Shown: positions 1-9,271 of the stretch, piece after piece
Layout: each line of letters starts with the position of its first letter
Numbering within the stretch: position 1 is the first letter of the stretch
Source of the DNA: Nitrospinaceae bacterium
Lineage (GTDB): Bacteria; Nitrospinota; Nitrospinia; Nitrospinales; VA-1
Reading direction: 5' to 3'
Assembly (NCBI GenBank): GCA_021604505.1
Contig: BQJC01000004.1
Span: 88,117 to 152,116, forward strand
Length of the DNA stretch: 64,000 nt
The notes under the pieces: generated by a model
Seen by the model: the letters and a program-made list of their open reading frames with translations, nothing else
What the model was told of the DNA's origin: nothing
Database searches by the model: none
Translations under genes and position numbers: made by a program

Positions 1-1
1 C

Positions 2-754
2 GATATAAACTCTGTTTTCAAAGATCCGACCACTTATAAATTCGAGGCCGCCTACCGGATTCTTGAAACCGGAACGCGAATCCGGGGAGCCTTTGCGACT
101 GGTTTCCGGGCACCCACCTTGAATGAGCTGTTCTTTCCCAATTTTGGCGACCCTTCCATAGCGCCGGAGGAAAGTAAGGGTTGGGAAGTGGGCCTCGATC
201 AAACCTTGTTTCGCAAAAAAGTAAAGGCCAGTGTCACCTATTTTGAAACGGACTTTGAAAACCTCATTCAAACGACAACCGTACCGGTGAGCGCTCAGTT
301 TCCGTTTGGCACCGCCGCCCAAAATGTCGCGAAAGCCACGACAAAAGGTGTAGAGACCGCTATCACTCTTGTTTTACCGCATAACTTCAGGGCATCGACA
401 AACTATACCTGGTTAAATGCCCGTGAAGAGGACGGCCAACCTCTTGTACGTCGCGCGGAACATAATTTCACGGCTAATGTAACCCACACGTGGAAAGAAA
501 AACTGGAAACACTATTGGGAATACGAGTACGAAGCGACACGCGTTCCAACAGCACGGGAAGCCGCATTACTCCCGCCTTCACCACCATGCGCGCCGCAGT
601 CAGCTATTGGGTCAATAAACATTTAAAAGTGACCGCCAGGGGTGAAAATCTTTTTGATGAACCTTATGAAGAAAACTTTGGATTTGGCACTGCCGGTGTA
701 TCCGGTTATGCCGGGTTCACCTGGTATTTTAATCCTCAGTCCGCAACCAATTAA
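2..754 (+). CDS. TonB-dependent outer-membrane receptor, C-terminal fragment (5' end lies outside the window); BtuB-like by context
   Basis: The frame is open from position 2. The translation reads ...GAFATGFRAPTLNELF... and ends ...GVSGYAGFTWYF plus a short tail, typical of a terminal beta-barrel strand. It sits directly upstream of cobalamin genes. Confidence 0.8.
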   Translation, partial: DINSVFKDPTTYKFEAAYRILETGTRIRGAFATGFRAPTLNELFFPNFGDPSIAPEESKGWEVGLDQTLFRKKVKASVTYFETDFENLIQTTTVPVSAQFPFGTAAQNVAKATTKGVETAITLVLPHNFRASTNYTWLNAREEDGQPLVRRAEHNFTANVTHTWKEKLETLLGIRVRSDTRSNSTGSRITPAFTTMRAAVSYWVNKHLKVTARGENLFDEPYEENFGFGTAGVSGYAGFTWYFNPQSATN

Positions 755-822
755 TGGATTTATTCATGAACAATAAAAGATGATCACTTCGGCTCTTATA
801 AACAGGGGAGCTATTAATTAAT

Positions 823-2229
823 ATGACGGTCCCTCAGCAAAAAATTAAAGGCTTCATCATTGCCGGAACTCAATCGGATATTGGCAAGACTTCGGTTTCG
901 TTGGGATTGATGCGCCTTTTCGCTCGAAGAGGGTTGGCAGTAGCGCCGTTTAAAGTGGGCCCGGATTATATCGATCCGGGTCACCATTCCCGCGCCTGTG
1001 GACGGCCCGGTTATAATCTGGACTCCTTCATGTGCACGAAACCCTATGTTCGCAGGCTTTTCTCGGAAATATCGACAGGTTCCGATGTCGCCATCGTGGA
1101 GGGGGTCATGGGCCTGTTTGACGGCGCGTCTCCAAAGTCCGATAAAGGCTCCACAGCCGAAATCGCAAAACTGCTTGAACTTCCCGTCATCCTCATTTTT
1201 AACGGCGAAGCAACGGCACGCTCCGCAGCGGCTCTGGTGCAAGGATTCACAAACTTTGACCCTGCACTAAAGTTTTTAGGGGTGATCGCTAACCGGGTCA
1301 ATCATCCCGGACACGCGAACATACTCAAAGCCGCTGTAGAAAAATACACGTCCACCAGGTTTCTGGGTCATATACCCAGCGATCCGGAATTGACCCTGCC
1401 TTCTCGTCACCTGGGTTTATTACAAAGCCATGAGAATCGGGAGAGTTTTTACGACCGTTGGGCGGACCATCTGGAAAGCCATATCAACATCCCGGGTATT
1501 CAAAAATTTCTACGCTCATCTGTAAAGAACAGTTCCTTCAAAACCACCACTCAGACTCAGCGTTGGCCACGGAGAAAAGCTAAATCGTCTTGCAAAGTGG
1601 CTGTTGCCAAAGACGAGGCGTTTGCATTCTGCTATCAAGACACTCTGGATGTCTTTGCCCATCACGGTGTAGACATCTGCTTTTTCTCTCCACTCAAGGA
1701 TAAGGGACTGCCCGGGGAATGCGACTGGGTTTACCTTCCCGGCGGCTATCCGGAACTGCATCTCAAAAAACTCAGCGCCAATAAAACCATGCGCAGAAGT
1801 TTAAAGTCATTTGGAGAATCGGGAAAAGTCATCGTCGGCGAATGCGGTGGAATGATGTATCTGGGCAAAAATATTCGCGATGACAAAAATCAATCTCATG
1901 ACATGACGGGGCTTTTTGATTTTTCCACCACGATGGAACCCAAAAAACTCACCCTGGGCTACCGCATTCTAAAACTTCAAAAAAAGGGACATCGTGAGAA
2001 GGATTTGCGTTTAAAAGGGCACGAGTTCCATTACTCCAGTTTCACGAAAAACAGGGAAACGCCCCGCCTGCGGGAAACACGAGCTGGAAATTTTTCGACA
2101 ATAAAGGATGGATATTTCTATAAAAATTGTTTCGCGTTTTATTCCCATATTTACTGGGGCAGCTCTACCCCCTGGTTGCAATTTATTTTAAACAGAATTC
2201 AATCCGCTCGCACCGCGAAATCTTTTTGA
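823..2229 (+). CDS. cbiA: Cobyrinate a,c-diamide synthase
   Basis: 468 aa. N-terminal nucleotide-binding motif GTQSDIGKTSVSLGL, then FKVGPDYIDPGHH. C-terminal glutamine-amidotransferase motif GECGGMMYLG. Confidence 0.85.
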   Translation: MTVPQQKIKGFIIAGTQSDIGKTSVSLGLMRLFARRGLAVAPFKVGPDYIDPGHHSRACGRPGYNLDSFMCTKPYVRRLFSEISTGSDVAIVEGVMGLFDGASPKSDKGSTAEIAKLLELPVILIFNGEATARSAAALVQGFTNFDPALKFLGVIANRVNHPGHANILKAAVEKYTSTRFLGHIPSDPELTLPSRHLGLLQSHENRESFYDRWADHLESHINIPGIQKFLRSSVKNSSFKTTTQTQRWPRRKAKSSCKVAVAKDEAFAFCYQDTLDVFAHHGVDICFFSPLKDKGLPGECDWVYLPGGYPELHLKKLSANKTMRRSLKSFGESGKVIVGECGGMMYLGKNIRDDKNQSHDMTGLFDFSTTMEPKKLTLGYRILKLQKKGHREKDLRLKGHEFHYSSFTKNRETPRLRETRAGNFSTIKDGYFYKNCFAFYSHIYWGSSTPWLQFILNRIQSARTAKSF

Positions 2230-2240
2230 AAGATGTTGAT

Positions 2241-2795
2241 ATGAGAAAAATGCCGGCTTCAGACAAACGCAAGAGAAAGGGGTTGATCATCGTCAACACC
2301 GGCGATGGAAAAGGCAAATCCACCGCCGCCTTTGGAATTGCCCTGCGCGCCGCAGGGAACAAAATGAACGTGTTCATCATGCAGTTCATGAAGGGAAAAT
2401 GGAAAGCCGGAGAAAGGAAGGCGTTTGATCTGTTGGCGCCCACCATCGAAGTGGTCCCGATGGGGGATGGCTTCACCTGGGACACAGAAAACCCTGAACA
2501 GGATAGGAAAACCGCCCGCACAGCCTGGAACATCGCTTTTGAAAAATTAAACAGCGGCAAATATAAAATGGTGGTGCTGGATGAAATCAACTACGTGCTT
2601 CACTACAATTTTCTGCCCGCAAAAGATCTTATTGATGCATTAAAGAATAAACCTGCCGATGTTCACGTCATCTGCACCGGCAGAAACGCGCCGGACGAAC
2701 TCATCGAGATCGCGGATCTGGTAACGGAAATGCGTTGCGTGAAGCATCCGTTTGGAGAACAGGGCATCCCCGCCCAAAAAGGGATCGAATTTTAG
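2241..2795 (+). CDS. cobO: Cob(I)yrinic acid a,c-diamide adenosyltransferase
   Basis: GLIIVNTGDGKGKSTAAFG P-loop and FMKGKW motif, about 184 aa from the ATG at 2241. The ORF-track start at 2127 overlaps cbiA and adds non-homologous residues. Confidence 0.85.
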   Translation: MRKMPASDKRKRKGLIIVNTGDGKGKSTAAFGIALRAAGNKMNVFIMQFMKGKWKAGERKAFDLLAPTIEVVPMGDGFTWDTENPEQDRKTARTAWNIAFEKLNSGKYKMVVLDEINYVLHYNFLPAKDLIDALKNKPADVHVICTGRNAPDELIEIADLVTEMRCVKHPFGEQGIPAQKGIEF

Positions 2796-2829
2796 GTTTT
2801 ATAAAAGAGTGATTATTTTCCAAACAGCA

Positions 2830-4212
2830 ATGAACTCACTTTCCTTAAAAAAACGTTTAAAAAAACACCCGTTGCTGTTAGCCATCGCTTTTTCGGCGGC
2901 GGTCCATCTGGTCGCTTTTTATTTTTCTCCCTCTTTTTCCACCCTGCCCCAACCCGATAAAGGAAAAGTGATCCGGATCAAAGCGGTCGTGGAAAAAAAA
3001 GCGAAACCCCTTGAGAAAGGCCGAACTCTGGTTAAAAGGAACGTGGCGCGAAAAAGCACTCCTGCGGCAGAAACACCAGATAATTACGCGCCCAAACCGC
3101 GGCCGAAGTCTGATATAATTGAACACGTTAAAGCTGTCACGAACGGCCCTTCCCCGGTTTCTACAAGGAACCCAGTGCCGACCCGAAACCTCACGGAAAC
3201 CTTTAAACCTGTGAATCCGGTCCAATCAAATACGTCTGCTCCACCTTTAGTTTCTGCAGTTACGGCCCATGAGTCATTTGTGATGCCTGATATCCTTCAG
3301 CCGGTGCCCAGAAAGAACAGAGCCGTCTCCCGGAACCCGGAAATGCATCTGGCCGTAGCAAGGGAAGCCTATCCTTTGAAAACTTTAAACGATTCGACAA
3401 AGGCCACCATCACCGCTTCATCCAAATGGAGTGGCGAAAGATTTGCCCAACAAACCACGGTGATTCAAAAACGTCAACCCCTTGAGTTTGACCAGACATC
3501 ATTAGCCAGTCCACCGGTATCTCTAGCAAGTAATTTGGGGCCAGCAAACAATTCGCGCCCGTTTAAAACCCTGCAGGCAAAAAGTCCACAAACCTTCAAT
3601 GAACCAGAGACGGCAATACTTGCAAAAAGAGAAATAGTGGGCTCAACGATTCAACACCAGCAACGAGCGGAAGTTCAGGTGCGGGCTCCTGAAAATTTGC
3701 ATTTGGAATCCACAGCGCTCCATCAACCCACAATGCCAGTTTACGCAAACTACTTTTCTTCGCCCCTGAAAAGCGCAAACCTTTTTAAAGAAGCCGCAAT
3801 TCCTTCCGGTTTTTCCGAGGAAACACTCAAGTCCGGGAACGAGGATCAAGAAGCCTCGGCAAAAATTGCCAATCTGAGTGTTGGAATCGATGTCATTTCG
3901 GAGGAAGGGTTGAAGAAAATCAAAAACGGATTTTCCACTCAAGTCCGGACAAAAATCGCGAAAGTCAAATATTACCCTCGCATTGCCCGTAACCGCGGGT
4001 TCGAGGGACAACCGGTAATCGCGTTTACTTTAGGAAGCAAAGGAGAACTGTTGGACTTATCCATCGCCGCCCCTTCTCCTTTTAAACTTTTGGACGAGGC
4101 CGCATTAAACGCCATCAAATCGGCAAGTCCCTACCCCCCGATCCCCGCGCCCCTAAAATTGAAATCCATGAAATTTAAAATTCCAATATCCTTTAATCTG
4201 GAGGAACGATGA
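2830..4212 (+). CDS. TonB family energy transducer with an unusually long linker
   Basis: N-terminal TM anchor HPLLLAIAFSAAVHLVAFYF. About 330 aa of P/S/T/N/Q-rich linker. C-terminal TonB fold motif YPRIARNRGFEGQPVIAFTL...ALNAIKSASPYPPIP. Start chosen at ATG 2830. Confidence 0.8.
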   Translation: MNSLSLKKRLKKHPLLLAIAFSAAVHLVAFYFSPSFSTLPQPDKGKVIRIKAVVEKKAKPLEKGRTLVKRNVARKSTPAAETPDNYAPKPRPKSDIIEHVKAVTNGPSPVSTRNPVPTRNLTETFKPVNPVQSNTSAPPLVSAVTAHESFVMPDILQPVPRKNRAVSRNPEMHLAVAREAYPLKTLNDSTKATITASSKWSGERFAQQTTVIQKRQPLEFDQTSLASPPVSLASNLGPANNSRPFKTLQAKSPQTFNEPETAILAKREIVGSTIQHQQRAEVQVRAPENLHLESTALHQPTMPVYANYFSSPLKSANLFKEAAIPSGFSEETLKSGNEDQEASAKIANLSVGIDVISEEGLKKIKNGFSTQVRTKIAKVKYYPRIARNRGFEGQPVIAFTLGSKGELLDLSIAAPSPFKLLDEAALNAIKSASPYPPIPAPLKLKSMKFKIPISFNLEER

Positions 4213-4940
4213 AATCTTCAAAAAAGGTTACATTTTTCTTATTTCTGGCCCTGGGGATTCTATCATCCAACGCCTACGGCGAAATCATTCAGGTCGACAG
4301 CGATTTCGATGGGAAACTGGACCAGTGGCACGAAATGTCCGAAGACGGCAAGCTCATCAAAATTGAATACGACACCAACGGGGATGGCAAGCTGGATCAG
4401 GTCGATATTTTTGAAGGCAACAAAAAACCCGTCCTCGCCAAGCTCGATCGCAATTTTGACGGAGTTCTTGACCAGTTTCAATTTTACTCCAAAAATTTTT
4501 CCCTCGAACGTATCGAAAAAGATTCCAGGTTTAACGGGAAAGTGGACAGAAAAGAATTTTTCGGTTCCAATCAAAAGATATCCCGCATTGAAATCGATGA
4601 AAACCTGGATGGCACGATGGATATTTTTCAATTTTTTGATAAGCAGGAAGTCTTGGTCCGGGTGGAATACGACACCAACAAAAATAACAAAATCGATCGT
4701 TGGGAATACTTTGCCGGCGAAGAAAATCTTCAGTCCGCGGCTTTCGATTCGAATGGCGACGGCAAGCAAGACCAATGGCAATACTTTAAAGGCTCAACAA
4801 CACCGGAAAAAGTGGAATACGACATCAATCTGGATGGCGAGGTGGACCGCTGGGAGTATTTTGAACCCTCCGGCCAATTGATGCGCGTCGAGCTGGACAG
4901 AAATTACGATGGAATAACCGACATGGTCAAACGCAGATAA
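4209..4940 (+). CDS. Secreted repeat protein with about 9 DxDxDG-type (EF-hand-like) calcium-binding hairpin repeats
   Basis: Signal peptide FFLFLALGILSSNAYG. Repeats of about 24 aa such as YDTNGDGKLDQ, LDRNFDGVLDQ, FDSNGDGKQDQW and YDINLDGEVDRWEYF. Its ATG overlaps the tonB stop (ATGA). Confidence 0.65.
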   Translation: MKSSKKVTFFLFLALGILSSNAYGEIIQVDSDFDGKLDQWHEMSEDGKLIKIEYDTNGDGKLDQVDIFEGNKKPVLAKLDRNFDGVLDQFQFYSKNFSLERIEKDSRFNGKVDRKEFFGSNQKISRIEIDENLDGTMDIFQFFDKQEVLVRVEYDTNKNNKIDRWEYFAGEENLQSAAFDSNGDGKQDQWQYFKGSTTPEKVEYDINLDGEVDRWEYFEPSGQLMRVELDRNYDGITDMVKRR

Positions 4941-4956
4941 CAGGAGGTAATTCTTA

Positions 4957-5349
4957 ATGACAGCATTTCGAGGGTTGGTACTTTTTTCGCTTCTCTTTGT
5001 GGCTTCATGCGCTCCGGAGGCCACCAAAGAGGTTCCTCAAGAATTTAAAGCGGGACAAAAGTATTATCATAAAGTGTGTTCCAATTGCCACGGGGCCGAC
5101 GCAATGGGCAAGCACACTCAAGCCCCCCGACTCATCGATGCAGAATATATTGAAGAAAATTTTTCGGATGAGGAATTTTCCGAAACCATTATCCATGGAA
5201 TCAATAAAATGCCTTCGCAGAGAAGCAAGTTGACCGATGAAGAAATTGCGGAAATCATCAAATACCTGCGTTATTCCCAGAAAATAGCGGGCCTTGTCGT
5301 GGAAGAAGACGTCGAAGAAGAAATGTTAAACGATGAAGATGCTCAGTAA
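4957..5349 (+). CDS. Small class-I-like c-type cytochrome, probable lipoprotein
   Basis: Signal peptide with lipobox-like LLFVASC. Single heme-c motif CSNCH. Downstream INKMPSQ is a candidate Met axial ligand. Acidic C-terminal tail. Confidence 0.75.
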   Translation: MTAFRGLVLFSLLFVASCAPEATKEVPQEFKAGQKYYHKVCSNCHGADAMGKHTQAPRLIDAEYIEENFSDEEFSETIIHGINKMPSQRSKLTDEEIAEIIKYLRYSQKIAGLVVEEDVEEEMLNDEDAQ

Positions 5350-5352
5350 TTT

Positions 5353-6417
5353 ATGCTCGAATCGATTCAAAAAACCATCCGCCAAATACAACCCGTAAAT
5401 AACGGCGACCTGGAGACGGCGCAACAACGGCTCGATTCCCTGACAAAGCCTCCGGGGAGTCTCGGGAGATTGGAGGAGCTCGCCCGGCGCTACGCCGCAA
5501 TTAAAGGGACCCACCTTCCTCGAATCGACAAGAAAACTGTTTTTGTTTTTGCGGCGGATCATGGCATCGCAACGGAGGGAGTCAGCGCTTATCCGCAGGA
5601 AGTCACTCCGCAAATGGTGCAGAACTTTTTGGCTGGAGGCGCCGCCATCAATGTTCTCGCCAGCCATGCCTCAGCGGAAATAAAGGTCGTCGATATCGGA
5701 GTCAATTTTGACTTCCAAAACTGCCCCGGCATGATTCACAAAAAAATCGCTCCCGGAACCAGGAACATCTCTAAAGGTCCCGCCATGACCCGTCAGCAGG
5801 CGGAAGAAGCGATAGAAATCGGGATCGACCTGGCAGGTGAATCGGTGAACCAGGGAACGGATGTCCTGGCCTCCGGCGACATGGGCATCGGAAACACCAC
5901 GCCGTCCGCGGCCATCATGTGCGTTTACGGGAACAAAAGCCCGCGTCAAACCGCGGGAAAAGGAACCGGCATCGACACGGCAACCTTCAATAGAAAAGTG
6001 GCCCTCATCGAACAGGCCATCAAAATCAACAATCCCAACGAAGAGGATCCTGTCGAGGTTCTTGCCAAAATAGGCGGATTTGAAATTGCCGGAATCGCCG
6101 GACTCATTCTCGGCGCCGCCGCCAAAAAGACTCCCGTTATCATCGACGGGCTGATCTCGGGAGCGGGAGCCGTCATCGCCTATAAACTCAATCCCACAGT
6201 GGGAGATTATATATTCACCTCGCATCAATCTCAGGAACCCGGCCATGAAATCCTGTTTCACCTCCTCGACCAACCGCCGTTATTTAATTTTGGAATGCGG
6301 CTGGGAGAAGGGACCGGCGCCGTTTTAGCCATGAACATTCTGGAAGCCTCGGTCAAAATTTACTCGCAAATGGCTACCTTTCAGGAAGCGGGGGTCTCCT
6401 CCAAAATCGGTCGTTGA
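5353..6417 (+). CDS. cobT: Nicotinate-nucleotide--dimethylbenzimidazole phosphoribosyltransferase
   Basis: 354 aa. Motifs SLGRLEEL, GDMGIGNTT and MRLGEGTGAVLA are characteristic of CobT. Confidence 0.85.
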   Translation: MLESIQKTIRQIQPVNNGDLETAQQRLDSLTKPPGSLGRLEELARRYAAIKGTHLPRIDKKTVFVFAADHGIATEGVSAYPQEVTPQMVQNFLAGGAAINVLASHASAEIKVVDIGVNFDFQNCPGMIHKKIAPGTRNISKGPAMTRQQAEEAIEIGIDLAGESVNQGTDVLASGDMGIGNTTPSAAIMCVYGNKSPRQTAGKGTGIDTATFNRKVALIEQAIKINNPNEEDPVEVLAKIGGFEIAGIAGLILGAAAKKTPVIIDGLISGAGAVIAYKLNPTVGDYIFTSHQSQEPGHEILFHLLDQPPLFNFGMRLGEGTGAVLAMNILEASVKIYSQMATFQEAGVSSKIGR

Positions 6418-6422
6418 CAGCC

Positions 6423-7337
6423 ATGCCCTCCAGGCTTTCGTTTAAATTCCTGCTGTTTCTTGTGATTTTTTCCCTTCCCGCCACAGCCCTGGGGTTCAAC
6501 GACGATTCCACCGATGACACCCGCAGTTTACTGGAAATTCGCACGATTTGCGAAAATGGCAAAACGGTCATCGATTCCGATATCCAGCGCTCGTCCTGCC
6601 AGGGAGACGATGTCTACCTGAATCAGCTCAGAACCGGTCTGTTCAAAAACGGCGTCGAGATCACCCACGAAAAAATTCTCGATTTTAAAGTCGCCCGAAA
6701 CGGCAACGTCTATTATCGAACTGAAAAAGGACCCTACTTATATGATGAAGAAGGGCCGTTAAACAGCAACGGCAGTACCGTCGTTCTGTTTCTGGTCGCT
6801 TCAAACGGCGATGTGGTGTATTTGAACGACCGGGGAGATATTTTTAAGAACGGGTCCAAACTTTCCAGAGGCGCGGCTAAAGTTTCCGTCAACTTTGTGG
6901 AAATCGGATTCCTGGGAGAAAGAATCGCTCTGTTTGAAAATCCCATAGTCGCCAGAAATGGAAAAGCGGTTTACATCAATGACGCAGGGCATCTTTATGT
7001 GGATGGCAATCGCATCAATTCGAAGATCAGCAACGTGGTTGCGCTCAAGCTCAACACAGATGGAGATGTCTATTTCATCGACGACAACAACCGCCTGTAC
7101 CGTAACAAATATAAATTGTTTGACGGTCGTTTTGATATTCTCGAGTTTCAACTCAGCAATAGGGGAAAAGCTGTTTACCTCACGGATTCCATATCCAAAA
7201 ATCTATTCATGGAAGACAAGGTTCTACCGGCGGGTTCGCAGAAAGTGGTCAATTTCAACTTCAACAGTTCCGGCGAAGTGATTTACGAAGATGAATTGCG
7301 CCGGCTCTGGAAAGACGGCCGGCAGATCGGTCGATGA
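6423..7337 (+). CDS. Secreted hypothetical repeat protein (possible beta-propeller-like)
   Basis: Signal peptide FKFLLFLVIFSLPATALG. Recurring units of about 40 aa such as ARNG(N/K)(V/A)VY..D.G.L(Y/F).(D/N)G. Overlaps the cobT stop if the TTG at 6414 is used. Confidence 0.55.
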   Translation: MPSRLSFKFLLFLVIFSLPATALGFNDDSTDDTRSLLEIRTICENGKTVIDSDIQRSSCQGDDVYLNQLRTGLFKNGVEITHEKILDFKVARNGNVYYRTEKGPYLYDEEGPLNSNGSTVVLFLVASNGDVVYLNDRGDIFKNGSKLSRGAAKVSVNFVEIGFLGERIALFENPIVARNGKAVYINDAGHLYVDGNRINSKISNVVALKLNTDGDVYFIDDNNRLYRNKYKLFDGRFDILEFQLSNRGKAVYLTDSISKNLFMEDKVLPAGSQKVVNFNFNSSGEVIYEDELRRLWKDGRQIGR

Positions 7338-7402
7338 CGACCCTTCCTCATTCATCGCGGAATCCTAATGAGCCCTTTTCTGGTTTATGGACAGGCCTTT
7401 CC

Positions 7403-7431
7403 TTGACACCAACCCGGTTTTTGGCTAGATT
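7403..7431 (+). promoter_or_regulatory. Candidate sigma70-type promoter for the aminotransferase gene
   Basis: TTGACA (7403-7408), a 17-nt spacer, then TAGATT (7426-7431), about 70 nt upstream of the ATG at 7500. Confidence 0.4.
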
Positions 7432-7499
7432 TATCGACTCGGTTTAAAATTCCCGTTTTATTTCATAACTCATTTATCAGTTCCCGGAGAGATAACAAC

Positions 7500-8741
7500 A
7501 TGTCCGACAAAGAAAGTTATATACAATCTCTATTCGCAAAGAGGCTGGGTGGAGACCAATTTGGCAAAGACACCAAGATTTATAAATTCGAAAAAATAAA
7601 ACGGGCGAAGCGAGCCGCTCTCGAAGAAAATCCCGGCAAGGATTTATTCGACATGGGTGTCGGCGAACCGGACGAAAAGGCCTATCCGGGAGTGATCAAG
7701 GCCCTGCAACTGGAAGCGGAAAAAGCCGACAACCGGGGTTATACCGACAACGGAATTCAGGATTTCAAGGACGCCGCCGTCACCTACATGGAAAATGTGT
7801 TTGGCGTCAAAAACCTCGACCCCAATAAACACATCAACCACACCATTGGCTCCAAACCTGGCCTAGCCATGGTTCCCGCGATTGTTATCAATCCAGGCGA
7901 TGTCACGCTGATGACCGTTCCCGGCTACCCGGTGATGGGCACCCATGCAAAATATCTCGGCGGCGACGTCGTGAACCTGCCGTTGTTGGAAGAAAACCAT
8001 TTTCTTCCCGATCTAAAAAGCATCGATCCAAAAATTGTGGAGCGCACCAAACTGTTGTATCTCAATTACCCCAATAACCCCACCGGCGCCACCGCCACAC
8101 GGGAGTTTTTCGAAGAAGTGGTCGAATTTGCCAAAAAGAATCAGATCGTCGTCATTCAAGATGCCGCTTACGCCGCTCTCAGCTACAACAATGAACCGTT
8201 GAGTTTTTTATCCGTTCCCGGAGCCATGGACGTCGGCGTCGAGTTTCATTCCCTGTCAAAGGCCTACAACATGACGGGCTGGCGGCTGGCATTCATCGTT
8301 GGCAACGAACTGGTGGTCAAAGGGCTGGCGCATGTGAAAGACAACGTCGACTCCGGGCAGTTCGCGGCCATTCAGAAAGCCGGCGTTTTTGCCCTCAACC
8401 ATCCGGAGATCACCGAGGAGATTCTTGAAAAATACCGCCGCCGATTGACTTTGATGGTCGACGCTCTCAATTCCGTCGGGTTCAACGCCAAACTGCCGGG
8501 CGGCTCCTTTTTTCTTTACGTCAAAGCCCCCAAAGGAATCGAGGGAGGACAACAGTTTAAAACCGCTGAGGACTTTTCTCAGTTTCTCATTAAAGAGATG
8601 CTGATCTCCACCGTACCCTGGGACGATGCCGGGTCCTATGTCCGTTTTTCGGCAACGTTCGCCGCCAGGGAACCATCCGACGAAAAACGCATCATGGATG
8701 AAATCAAAACGAGATTGTCCTCGGTTAAATTCGTTTTTTAG
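7500..8741 (+). CDS. dapL: Class I/II PLP aminotransferase, probable LL-diaminopimelate aminotransferase
   Basis: 413 aa. PLP-lysine motif SLSKAYNMTGWRLAF, YPNNPTG, and N-terminal FEKIKRAKR...DMGVGEPD, as I recall for DapL-type enzymes. Confidence 0.6.
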   Translation: MSDKESYIQSLFAKRLGGDQFGKDTKIYKFEKIKRAKRAALEENPGKDLFDMGVGEPDEKAYPGVIKALQLEAEKADNRGYTDNGIQDFKDAAVTYMENVFGVKNLDPNKHINHTIGSKPGLAMVPAIVINPGDVTLMTVPGYPVMGTHAKYLGGDVVNLPLLEENHFLPDLKSIDPKIVERTKLLYLNYPNNPTGATATREFFEEVVEFAKKNQIVVIQDAAYAALSYNNEPLSFLSVPGAMDVGVEFHSLSKAYNMTGWRLAFIVGNELVVKGLAHVKDNVDSGQFAAIQKAGVFALNHPEITEEILEKYRRRLTLMVDALNSVGFNAKLPGGSFFLYVKAPKGIEGGQQFKTAEDFSQFLIKEMLISTVPWDDAGSYVRFSATFAAREPSDEKRIMDEIKTRLSSVKFVF

Positions 8742-8773
8742 CGTTTCGGTGTGCCAAAAAGGATTTTTCTGCC

Positions 8774-9271
8774 GTGCCCAATTCAGCCTATATAGGCATT
8801 GGATCCAATCTGGGGTCGCCGCTGGCCAACTGCCAACAGGCTCTGACGCATTTTGAAAACCATCCGGAAATTCAAGTCACCGCATGTTCCTCATTTTATA
8901 AAACCCAACCGGTGGGGGTGACGGAGCAAGGCTGGTTCGTCAATGCCGTGGCCAAAATACTCACGGATCTCGAACCCCTGCCACTATTAGAATTGTTGTT
9001 GGGTATTGAAAAGGCGATGGGGAGAACCCGCGATAAAAAATGGGGACCGCGCATCGTGGATCTCGACCTTCTGCTTTATGAAGATCGAATTATAAAGATC
9101 CCCAGGCTTCAAATTCCGCATCCTGAAATGAATCGAAGACGCTTTGTGCTGGCCCCCTTAAGCGAACTGGCGTCCGGTACGATTCATCCGGTTGCCAACA
9201 AAACCATTCAGCAATTGCTGTCCGAATTACCGGAGAACGAAAAGGTCATCAAAGTTCACACAGCCACCTGA
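8774..9271 (+). CDS. folK: 2-amino-4-hydroxy-6-hydroxymethyldihydropteridine pyrophosphokinase
   Basis: AYIGIGSNLG, GPRIVDLDLLLY and PHPEMNRRRFVLAPL. 165 aa. GTG start. Confidence 0.85.
   Translation: MPNSAYIGIGSNLGSPLANCQQALTHFENHPEIQVTACSSFYKTQPVGVTEQGWFVNAVAKILTDLEPLPLLELLLGIEKAMGRTRDKKWGPRIVDLDLLLYEDRIIKIPRLQIPHPEMNRRRFVLAPLSELASGTIHPVANKTIQQLLSELPENEKVIKVHTAT

Noticed and set aside
755-822. Search for a cobalamin riboswitch in the cob cluster's intergenic spacers.
   Set aside because: The spacers are too short (68 nt or less) and lack the B12-box. Any riboswitch would lie upstream of the receptor gene, outside the window.
2127-2240. The longer N-terminal extensions proposed by the ORF track for cobO (2127), tonB (2752), mini-protein 2 (22929), the small lipoproteins (26436, 53332) and HDOD (52888).
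   Set aside because: The extensions overlap upstream genes or lack homology to the paralog or family. Internal ATGs give proper signal peptides, P-loops or RBS spacing.
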